NCBI RefSeq assembly: GCF_009914755.1
Contig: NC_060935.1
Length of the DNA stretch: 64,000 nucleotides
Source: the human T2T-CHM13v2.0 reference genome, Homo sapiens
Reading direction: 5' to 3' (one strand)
Made by a program: the position numbers and the translations under genes. The notes under the pieces were generated by a model. That model made no database searches. It was given only the letters and a program-made list of their open reading frames with translations, and was not told the DNA's origin. Of the stretch, positions 1 through 12,938 are shown one piece after another. Each line of letters begins with the position of its first letter. Position 1 is the stretch's first letter.

Positions 1-742
1 GTCGCTCCCATTTCTTCCAGGCTTACTCTGAGCACCAAATGAGAAAACTGAAGTGAAACTCCTCGATATCTGGCTATCTGACCCTAGGCAAGGTGCTTTC
101 TCTGGGCTTCAGCTTTCCCCATCTGTTAACTGGAAACAATCTCTGCCTGCTACTTGCAGTCCAGGCATTCAAGTTTAAATGATATTCAAAAGGGGAAAGC
201 TATTCAAAGAGTCCCAGTGTGTGTACAAAGAACTATCATTATTTGTACAAGCAAACTCCATCAGCCTGATCACACCTAATCCGAACTTCTCAACCTTCTC
301 AAGGTTGGCCTTTTTGCTTTATATCCACCCTCTCCCCCAAGAAGAAGTGCTCAAACAACATGAAAATAGTCCATATAAATGAGTTAGTAAAAATAAATTG
401 GAAACTAACCAAAACCTGTCTGGGGGATGCCCTGGGAATCAGAACACATTGAACCCTGTTACAAGGCCTCTGACTCTGGTCTTGGCTGAAAGAGCTGATT
501 CCTAGTACAGATTTATGAAGGTCTATGAGGCCACCAAAAGGCAACCAGGTCTGTTTATCAGTCAGTATTGCTCATGCAGGAAAGTGCAGACTTTAGAGAC
601 TCAGAATTTAGCAGATACTTTCCTTTCCAGGACTGAAACAAGACAGTATTGTTTACTTTTTTTTGTTTTGTTTGTGTGTGTGTGTGTGTTTGTTTTAGAG
701 ATAGGGTGTTTGTTTGTTTGTTTGTTTTAGAGATGGTGCCTT

Positions 743-1096
<354 letters not shown>

Positions 1097-1132
1097 TCAT
1101 GCACTCTTCCCATCTCAGCCTTGAGTAGCTGA

Positions 1133-1511
<379 letters not shown>

Positions 1512-3978
1512 TAGCTGGGATTACAGGTGCCTAGCTGGTTGTTGCTTCTTAACCAATTTAATCAAGTCATTCATTTTTCTTCCTCTTCTCCAGCCCAATT
1601 CCTGAAGCATTCTAGGGTTTCATACAGTTATTTTGGGACTGATTCTTAAGAAGAGATGGTAATAGGATCTCCAGTGGGCCAGAGATGCTGTGTTCTCCAG
1701 GGTTTGCTAGGGAAGAGAATCATTTCTTTACAAAACATCCCTGCCCTGGAAACACTGAGATAACCAGTTAACATTTTATAAAGCTTAGTAACATTACAAT
1801 TTCCTTTACAGAGTACAAATGTTTTCACTTCTATTACTCTACCTGATCTTCACACTGACCCCATGTAGTAGGCAATGCAGGTATATTACCACTATTAGCC
1901 CATTTGGTAGATAAGGGAACTGAGCTTTAGTAGACTCAGCCCATGTGGTCAATTTTTAACCAAATTGAGGCTAGATGGAAAGTCTGCTGGGTCCTAATTC
2001 TAGGATGGTATTCCCCAGAGGCTTGGGGTGTACCACATGGCTTGATCTTGCCTCCCTTCTGTCCCTAAAGTCACAGGTTGGTTATCTAGTGAAGCACCGT
2101 AAAGAAAGTTCCAATTGGCCAGCTCCTGACAGGTACTCAATGGCTTGGCCTGAGCCGGGCAGGTAGCAGCTAACTCCTAGAAGCAGCAGCTGGAGGAACA
2201 AGAAACCTGGCACTGTATGCCCCATTGGAACACCAAGACCACTGGGAGTGGCCACCTGAGGTCTTAAATTGGGGAGGGCTGGAATGGCTTTGGCCATGGG
2301 CACTAGTCTATATGGGTGCAGGAAAACATGGATCTGCAAAAGTATCAGGAAAAGCCAGATGTAGCCTCAGAGGTAGAGCCTCCTAGGGAAGTGGGAGAGA
2401 CACTCAGATTGGGAGCCCCAACTGTCACGCTTCCCTCCTCACCAGCCAGCCATACAAACCTGGGAGGCTGGGCAGGCCAGGCAGCTGCCCCACGGGAGCA
2501 GACACGTCCATCTGCAGGGTCCCCAGCCTGGTGTTCAGTCACTCTGCATTATTAATAGGCGATGACTAACCGGCTGCTGCTGCAGAGCCAGGACTGGGCA
2601 GGCACGAGGGAATCCCAGGGGATCACACGCAGCAGGGCCTGCGCACACACACTCTGAGGCAAGGCAAGGAGCAAAGGGCTAGCCCCAGCTCCTTCCCTGT
2701 TCCTGACTGCCATGGCACTGCAACTGAAGGGCCAGTCTCCACAGTCCACCTCCACACAGAGTCCTCACCAGGCTCAAAAACCCACATAGTCACGCAGCCC
2801 CCAGCTCACACCAGCTCACACGTGGAGAGTCACCAGCAGAGCCTCGCACACACAGTACAGCTTCCCACTAACACCCCGAAATGTCACGCCAACATTTACA
2901 CACAGTCACACCCACACACCAACACACACCAGCTGCATTTACACAGACACCCACACCAACACTCACCAGGACTGAGCCTAACCCAAACAGAGGAGCTCGG
3001 TGACAAGGACAACCAATGCTGCCCCTTCCCACCCCTGCAGGCCTCCTCCTCTCGCTCCCCTCAACAGGGAAGGAAACCAGCCCCTGTCAGAGGCCATGCG
3101 GGGCAGGCAGCGGGCAGAGAGGGCAGGGGGTGACGGGAAGGAAGACAGTGTGAAACACAGTGTTAGTCAGAGCAGCGGAGCAGTTGGGGGAACTGGACGC
3201 TATCCCTGGTCAGGGGAAAAGACCATTCATGCCATGCAAAATGTGGGGGACATGGAACCAGGAACCCTCAAGGCTGAGAAGTGAGGGAGGGGATGGCACC
3301 TTTCCCAGAGCAGCCAGCATGGGGCAGCCCCCAAACTGCTATGAACTGATGATTTGCATGAGGTCTGGACTGATCTCAGGCAGCTCCGCATCTCCCAAGG
3401 CCATGCCCTCCACCCCTGGGAACCCACCCCACTGGCTGCCACTGGAGGTCTCACCCCCAGACCCCTCCTCAAACTTGAGCGGCCCTGTCCAGGGAGCTGA
3501 CAGTGAGCAGAGCATAGCATGTCATGGGATGGTGTTTTCCATGGATTTTCAGGAGACCAAGAAACTAAATCAAAGAGAAAAAACAAGGGAGGGGAGGGAA
3601 AAGAACAAAATAAAGCAATAGAAATAAGCAGCCTGGCATCGGGGCTGGTCTAACCAGAGCCGATGAACATGGGGCCTGCCCCCAGGTCTCTCTGGCCAGG
3701 AATCTGAATTCAGGAGTTAGGGATTACAGCAGGGACAAGCCAAATTCCTCGATTTCCATTTGTCTTTTGTATTTCAGTTTGGACCAAAAAAGAAAGAAAA
3801 GGGAAAGAGGGAAACTAAAAGAGAAGCAAAATCTAAAGATTGTCCAGGACGCAAAAAACAATTGGAAGAGCAAAACAACCAAAAAACCAAACAGGGAGAG
3901 GAAACAAAAGAGGGAGAATCGAACAGTTAAAAAAACCCACGGCAAACCAAACGGTAAGACAATTAGAGTGATATCTAC

Positions 3979-4023
3979 CAGATAATGCAGTTTGTTTACC
4001 ATAGCGTGTCCAATCCCTGCGTG
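3979..4023 (-). CDS. NRXN2: NRXN2-alpha exon 7, splice site 2 (SS2) mini-exon; 45 nt HAGIGHAMVNKLHYL or 24 nt HAGIGHAM via internal donor
   Basis: Minus strand ggtgaag|CACGCAGGG...GCTATG|GTAAAC...TATCTG|GTAGAT; donors after 4000 and 3979; phase 0; matches the known neurexin SS2 8/15-aa inserts. Confidence 0.95.
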
Positions 4024-6341
4024 CTTCACCGGAGATATGGGGGGATGGGGAGGAGGGGGGTGTCAAAAAACAACAACAAACACAACAACAAAAGAACAGA
4101 ATGAAAAGAAAAGAAAAATAAAATGACCAACTGTGAAACTCAAGGAACGAGGAAAAAATATATATCCATATATATTTGGTTGTTTGTTCCAACCCTCCCA
4201 CCTTAGGTTCAGCAAAAGTATTTGTTTAAAGAAAATTAAATTATAATGGGGGGAGGAGAAATAAAACACACAGAAAAATTAAGTCCTTTCTTCTCCCCAT
4301 CCCTACCCCGCCCCTCCTCTGGATTCCTCTTCCCCACCATCCCCTCCCCGAAGAAGAGCCGTCTGCAGAGAAGGGGAACAGTTAGAGACCTTGGTTAGTA
4401 GAGAAGAAAACAACAAAAGAACTGGACCAAGAAACCAAAGACTTAAAGATGGCTGACATTCCGCAGATGAGACAGAAAGGTTAGTTCGGTTTTTCACTCA
4501 TACCTTGCCCCACCTGTCCCTGCCCATCCCTTGGTCCCCTGGGTTATAAGCGTGTTAGTAACACACACAGAGTCGGCAACGGGGTTTTCCAACAGAGGGT
4601 GAGAGAGGGAAGGCAGGGGATTAAGAAGCAGACCCAATTATGCAGTATTAGTAAGTCCTATCAGCTGAAATGTTAGAGAGTGGAGGGGAAGGAAGGGAGG
4701 GAACAAGGGCTGTGAGGAGGGATGGGCTATTGGTTGGAGCCATGGACTTATGGGTTTGTTGGCTAACTGATCAACCAGATGGCTTTCCAGAGAACTGGCT
4801 AAAGAGCAAGTTGGTGCTGGCCAACTGGCTGACCAGTGGCCATGCCGGGTTAATGGATTAACCAGTTGGTGATGGGCCAGCTGGCTATCAGGCTGGGAGA
4901 AGAGTGGGCATAACCCCTAGAGAATCAAAGGACTGGCAAGAATGAGAGCCAATTTCATTTGGAGGCAAAAGGAAGGGGTTCCCAAGGAGCATAGGAGGGG
5001 TCATGGATGCCTGCTTTTCCTGGGGATGGAGAACACGCAAATCGATCCAGGGAGTCACTGAGGAGAGGGGCAGCTCCTCTGTTTTTGTTTTTGTTTTTGT
5101 TTTCTTCTCATCCTTAAGAAAGGAAGAGAGAGTGAGTCGCCACCAGAACAGGGAAAAGGAAATGTTGCCCTCCACGGACTGGCAGATGGCTCACACATTA
5201 TATCAAATTATTCCAGACCCTCTTCCCTCTCCTCCCCATCTCCCACCCATAGCTGACTCCTCCCACGTGTCCACCTTGAATTTTCAGAACTTTCCCCAAA
5301 AGTTCTCCAGGCTCTTCAATCACCCCAACCCCATTCTCTCACTCTCTGGGCTGCTGTCCCTCCCAGAATCAAGTGCCCACCACCACCACCCCTACCAGTC
5401 TCTAGAATTGGTAAGGCCATCCCAGCAGCACAGCCTCCTTTCATGTACACCCATAAACCCCTGAGTCTCCACTTCCCACAGCCAGCACCAGAAATTCACT
5501 CCCCTACACCCATAAAAAGGAACCTCTAAAATCCCTGACTTTTCCCTAAGCTATAAGCCCAATCTTTCTACTCCAATCTCTAGTGTCCCCACTCTCATGT
5601 GGTTCTAAGTTCATTTTCTCTTCTCATTGCCACAGACAGCAGCAACAACCACCTTCCAAATTACCCCTGTCTTTGGGGAGGACATGTCAGAGGCACTGAG
5701 GCAGCTTTAATTAAGAGTATTAGAGATGGAGGGACATTATTGCTTGATGCCTGTTAAATACTAAACTGCACCCCCGAGAGTGTGATTGTGAGAAGGAGAG
5801 GTATTCTAGGGACAGATCCATTAGTTAGAGAGCTGTTATAACCAGTGGGCACAGGACTAATTCAGTAAGATGATGAATAAGGGCCTCATATAATTAAAAA
5901 TAACAGAATTCAATATTTAGCAGCCGGAAGAAGTGCTGAATAACCAATATTAATTATTAGTGATGCAGAAGCAGTTTACATAGCAAGAGAAGAGTCTAAT
6001 TGCAGGTGCAGTGATGGGAGTCAGGGGATAGCGTGTGGTAAGAGGATTAGTACTGGTGGCTGGTAGGACTGTCATGAAATGAAGAGGCCAACTAGTCAGA
6101 ACAAGGAACAATTAGCTTCAGGCCAGCTAAACAACCAGGCCCAGAACGGTAAGTGTTGTCTGGTATCACTGCACTAGTCGAACAAGGCAGGAAGAAAAAG
6201 GCATTGGAGGTAAAAATCCAATTACTACTCTTTGAGTTAGAACTGGTTATGGAGAATAAAATAAGATTCAAAAGTTTTCAACTTTATGAACAAGATTCCA
6301 TTTTTAAGAAGTAGAACAGCAAATTAAGAATCAGGATTGAG

Positions 6342-6706
<365 letters not shown>

Positions 6707-7799
6707 CTACCTCTTAAAAATAGCAGGGTTGGAGTAGATGAGATGGGGCCCCTCTAGACCTAGGGATTAAGGATCCAGACCCAGTCCAATGGAGATCATG
6801 TTTATGGGGGCAATTGTTGTGAAATACTAGAATGCAGCTTCCACTGGAACCCATTCCTGGTGGCCTGGGACACAGCACAGGGAAGGGGTACACAGCAGCC
6901 CAGGCCTTCCCTATGGCCAGGATCTGGAGAACTGAGGCTTCAGACTAACAGATGAGCAACAAAGGCTTTATCCCACTCATAGAAAGAGCTAGAGAGCTCC
7001 TGGAGCCTGGGAGCACAAGCATGACAACACATGATGAATGAGAAGGGCATCAGAGTCACAGAGGGGAGAAGTCACACATCATATCATGTGGTCATTTTTA
7101 CCAAGTCTTTCTGACTCAAACACCAACTGTAGGAATTCACCAGGCAGAAAGGAGAGCCTCGGGACAAAACTATACCCCATCTCCACCTTGAAATATGAGT
7201 GTAGCTCCAGCCCTGCTCAAGAAAGCCAAGAGAGGGAATATTTACACAAATCATAAAAATCTGGGGTGAAGACAATCTGTGGACCTTGAGTAAGAGAAGC
7301 TCAGGACAAAGAGAAGAGGAACCCACTCCACTTGCACATAAGAGGGACCCATTTTTCAGACATACAAGCAGAACATTGAAATGGCTTCAAAATTTGAGAA
7401 CATCCAAGAACGACAGAAGCACAGGACAAACCCCAGCCTCCTTTGCATTTTGCACCAATGACAACAACCAGGCCCTCACTTGGAGGCAGAGGAACAGAGT
7501 GGTTTCAAAATCAGACTTTCAACTCTACCACTTCCTAACTGGATAACCTTGAGCAAGTTCTTTAACCTTCTGCATCTTGTTTTTCTCATCAGTAAAATGG
7601 GAATAATATCTCCACCTCACAGAGTTGTCATAAAAATTAGGTGAGATAGTAAAGAGAAATGAGATCCTTGAGGCCAGGGGCTAGTGGGGAGAGACGTTAC
7701 AGTGCAATCTGAGAAACGCTGTGACAGAAAGATAAAGTCCTGAGGAAATTTAGAGGAAGGACCAGGAGAGGTGTTCTTCTGGTCTTGTAAAGTGAATTA

Positions 7800-8170
<371 letters not shown>

Positions 8171-8912
8171 TCACATGAAGTAGTTAGATCTGCTACTTTT
8201 GGACATGGGTCCTCGTGTCCAAAACCTTACCAGCTGCCTTCAGGAAAGAGACCAAATGGATCAGAAAAAAACTACTAGGAAAACAACTACAAACACTCAA
8301 TAGTTGCAGGTATTAAGCAACCAATTTGCTTACCACCTAGAAGTACAGATAAGGAATGAATACAAATATTGACAACACAGGCAGAATGTGATGAGACGGC
8401 TCAAATACACGTTTCCAAGGGCTCAAAGAACATAGCAAAGAAGGAAGGCTGGCTGGAGGAAGGGATCAAGGAAGGCTTTTTGAAGAAGGTGGCATTTAAG
8501 CTGGGCCTGAAGGATTGAAAAAAATACAACTAATTCGTGCCAGGCACTGTGTTGAGTGTTTTAAGGCAATACCCCAGTTAGTCATCAAAAGACTCATTCT
8601 CACTTTACTGATGAGGAGCTGAAGCTCACAGAGGTTGTATAACTTGCCTAAAAGCACTCAAACTATTGGCAGAGCTGGGATTTGAACCTGGTCTTTCTGA
8701 CTCAAACCTCAGATCTAGGATATCACCAGAAAGAAAGGAGGGCAACTAAGTGGTATCTGTAGGAGAACTGTGAAAACAAAGGGAAAAACTAAGAAAATTG
8801 GCACGGATGAGTATGGAGAACAGCATAGCAGACCCTGAGACAGGGTGTACACCATGCCAGAGAGGGAGAGAGGCCTGGGCAGGAAGGAGAGGAAAGGAAT
8901 CTAATTGCCTGA

Positions 8913-9545
8913 TGGACTCCACCCCTGGGGACTCCATCCTTAGGGGAATGCGTTCCTAAGGAATGCATCCCAAGACTCCCAGGGGTCTCCCCATCCTTAA
9001 TGACTCCATCCTTGGGGACTGCATGCTTGGGAACTCCATCTTTGGGGGGCTACACTCTTGCTGGACTCCATCCTTGAGGACTGCATCCTTGGTGGACTCC
9101 AACCTTGGGGACTCCATTCTTGGGGATTCCATCTTTGGGTATTCCATCCTTGGGGACTCCATCCTTGGCAGATTCCATCCTTGAGGACTGCATCTTTAGA
9201 GGACTCTGCCCCTGGGGCAGTCCCCCATTATTGGGGACTCCATCTCTGGGGACTCCATCATTGGGGGACTCCATTCTTGGGGACTCCATCCTTGGCAGAC
9301 TCTATTCTTGGGGACTGCATCTTTAGGGGACTCCATCCTTGGCAGACTCTATTCTTGGGGACTGCATCTTTAGGGGACTCCATCCTTGGGGACTCCATCC
9401 CTAGGAGAATGCATCCTTAGGAGACTCCATCCTTGGGGACTCCATCCTCGGGGACCACATCTTTGAGGGACTCCATCCTTGCGGACCGCATCTTTGAGGG
9501 ACTCCATCCTTGAGGACTGCATCCTTGGGGACTCCATTTTTGGGA
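8913..9545. repeat. Degenerate 15-16 bp minisatellite (GGGGACTCCATCCTT)n, about 40 units
   Basis: Directly visible tandem units. Confidence 0.93.
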
Positions 9546-10240
9546 CCTGGAGGAGCTCCTGAAAGCCTCTGCACCAATGAGAGCAGTTATCCAAGCTGGG
9601 CAGGAGGAAGCACCATGTGATATTTCGATAGCCAGCTTGTCTTCCAAATTTGGTGCTGGCTAATGAGGAAATGGGTTTGCACACTGCTTGCATGGTGGTG
9701 GGAGGCAGTTGGGAAGCATACTGGGTATGGGAGGAGAGTGGGCCCAGGATTTAAAATAGACCTCGGGGAATCCTCAGAGGTAATAATTCCTGCCAAGATC
9801 CTCCAAGAGACACCTCCGGTCACAGTGACCTCAAGGGCTGGATTTGAAAGGAGAGAGAGGAGAGAAGGAGACACTGTCTCATCAGGTGCCCCTGGTCCTA
9901 ACTGCTATGTTCTGAGAGCCTCTAGATGATTCCAGGGATAATTACCAAGTCCAAGGGAAAAAGGGAAATTCTGCCTCCTTCCAGTCTTTGGAGCTGGCCT
10001 TTGACCCACTCCCATGGCTGCAGAAGCAAAGGGAATGGAGACCCCTCAGTGCTGGTTCTCAGAGAGGTCCTCCCCAGAAGGCCATCTCCCTGGCCATTCT
10101 AATCAAATGAGAAAAATAACCTGGAAGCCACAGTGTTCTCAGATCCTGGCACTCTATCCTGTAAAGCTGAAGACAGATGTCATTTCTCCCTGTCCTTGCT
10201 CCTGGCCCACAAAACCTGGGGAAGACAGAATATTGATTCA

Positions 10241-10672
<432 letters not shown>

Positions 10673-12636
10673 TCAACCAAAGTCTTTAAGCAGACACCCT
10701 CTGTGGACCTCAGGACCTGCTTTAGGGTCAATATGACCTGCCTCTCTGCTCTGAGACTTCTGGTAGAACAATCCAGGGGAAGAAGTTTCCATCAGTTACC
10801 AGCTTGGACTCTCGACTCCGGGAACCCCAGGAAGAAGCAGCCGAGGGTCACTGTCTACACTCAGCACTGCTGAGGCCGAGTGTCTCCTCCTCTGTGTGGC
10901 TTTCCCACCTCCCCTAGCCACAGACCTCTCCCTCGTCTTGGGTATCACTTGAGTCCTAGGGTGTTTAAGGTTTCTGCTGCTCACTTGGCACTGGCATGGC
11001 TTTGCTCTATTCACTTTTAACAGACTCATCCTGTCTCCTCAAGAGCTGAAGTCCTGGAAGGGCAGGGACCATGTCTTTTTTTCCCCCTCTGTTCCCAGTA
11101 TGGATGTGCCATGTATTTTTTGGTCATATGATGCATGGATAGGAACTCTGAACTTGGAGCATCTTGCCGAAGTCGGTACCAGGTGACAGCGCTGGTCCTA
11201 GAGAGAGCAAAGTGAGCAGGAAGCACTAGAGGCAACTCCTCTATACCCCCCAATAAAATGTGTGTGGCATCTGAAACTGTCACAAATGCACATGACACAC
11301 TCAGATGTGCTCGGTAATGACAACGCGGGACAGCCCTCTGATTGGGTAAAGGGATGATTTGACAAGAAGAGGAGCCCCGCATTAAGGAGTGACTCCACCA
11401 AGCACGTCACTCTGTGAAACGCAGGGGTCCCTAAGAATAGGCACATTAGTAGGAGCCCGGCTGCAACAGGTAGTGGCAGGCCTGAGGAAAAGCAGCAGGA
11501 TTAGTCACTGCGTTCTCCTGGCAAGGAGGAGTGGCATTAATGAGAGGTATCCCCACTAGATCATCATCGATGGTGTGAAATGAGAACAGGTAGGAAGAGT
11601 GGGAGGCCAGCCAAGATCCTGAGCCTGCTGACGAGGCTTTCAGTGGGAGGAAGGGGAGGAGAAGGAGGATGACAGGAGGAGAGACAAGGAAAGTTAGCCA
11701 CCACACCGCTAGAACCAGGAAGTTCAGAGAAGATAACTAGGAAGAGACTGGTCAGAGACAGCTTCACCTGCACTAGCCATCCTGGGCCTTGGGAAAGGTG
11801 AAGAGGACCACTTCTAAGAGGACCTGTCCAGTGGGAGCATCTGGGAACAGGAGCTCCTGTCTGCAGGAGCCAATGCAGGAAGGACTCTGAGCACCTGCGT
11901 GGGCTTGCCCAGGAGCCAAGGGGAGGCAGAAAGCAAGCCATGGATGCTGGGAGGGCCTGGCTCCTTTGAAAGAAAGAGAAGGAAAAGAAGGGCATGTCCT
12001 GCCCAGAGGAGATGAAGGGCCAAGCCCCCTCTCTGCTCCTGCTCTCTGTCACCTACCTACTATGCCACCACCTCACTGGCTCCATCTCTGCCTCTGCCCT
12101 AAAAAAGCCTCGGCTGGGGGCAGAACACATCCTGCCCGCACACATTAACTCAGGCTTGCCTTCGTGCCTTGCTGCCCTAGTGTTGGGACACCCTCATCTG
12201 CTCCACCAGGCCAAAGCCTGCCCACTCCACAGGAACCCCTCCCCACCCCCTGGCACCCAGGAGCACCCATTCAGGCACTGGCTCACTCCTCCCATCTCCT
12301 GAATTGCCCTCCTGCTAAATCACCTGATTTCTTAGCCCCATCCCTCGAGAGCCCAGCTGCTCCCAACAATCTGAGCCCAGTCCTTCCCCTGCCCTCAGGT
12401 TCCTGCCCAGGGACAGTTCTGGAGCCTCCTCAGCTCAGCTCCCTGGTCTCTGAAGCCTGCCAGCCACTGCAGCCTTATGTCGGGACCCTCACAGCCCCAA
12501 CTCCTGTTCTTCTCCAGAACCACACCTCACTGCCCAGCCCTGATCCCTCCACCACAAGCTCCCGGCAGCCCCCTCTCCCAACCCCCATTCTACCCCAGGT
12601 ATAGCTAATCCCTGGCCTTCTTCTCACTCCTCCTAC

Positions 12637-12938
12637 CTGGCGCAGGTTTCGGGTGACCCGGACGTCGTGCCAGGCGTTGTCGTTGAACTTGCCATTGACG
12701 GGTTCCACAAGGGCCTCGAAGGCACCTGAGCCTAGGTTGATGACCAGCCAGACAGCCCCAGACTTGAGGGACAGGTTGACGTAGTCGGCCGACTTGCCTG
12801 TATGCAGCATCAGGCCGTTGCGTTGCAGGGTGCGGAAGGCCAGTGTGATCTCATCAGTGCTGCTCTGGATGGGGTTGTGTGACAGGTCGTAGCAGAAGAA
12901 CTCATTGCCTTTGAAGGTCGCCACAAACTCCTCCTTGC
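12637..12938 (-). CDS. NRXN2: NRXN2-alpha exon 6 (302 nt), N-terminal part of LNS2 domain ([15 protein letters not shown]...VTRNLRQ)
   Basis: catccag|GCAAGG acceptor, CGCCAG|GTAGGA donor; laminin-G sequence; cumulative CDS 1152 nt gives phase 0. Confidence 0.97.

Noticed and set aside
5700-6010. TAAT/UWAA-rich patch as a possible SAM68/SLM site
   Set aside because: Short motifs expected in AT-rich DNA and 1.7 kb from the nearest exon; no further support
8913-9545. CRISPR-like array or repetitive MESPR/KDGVP protein
   Set aside because: Units are contiguous with no unique spacers; frames shift with the 15/16-bp units; no cas genes; eukaryotic intron
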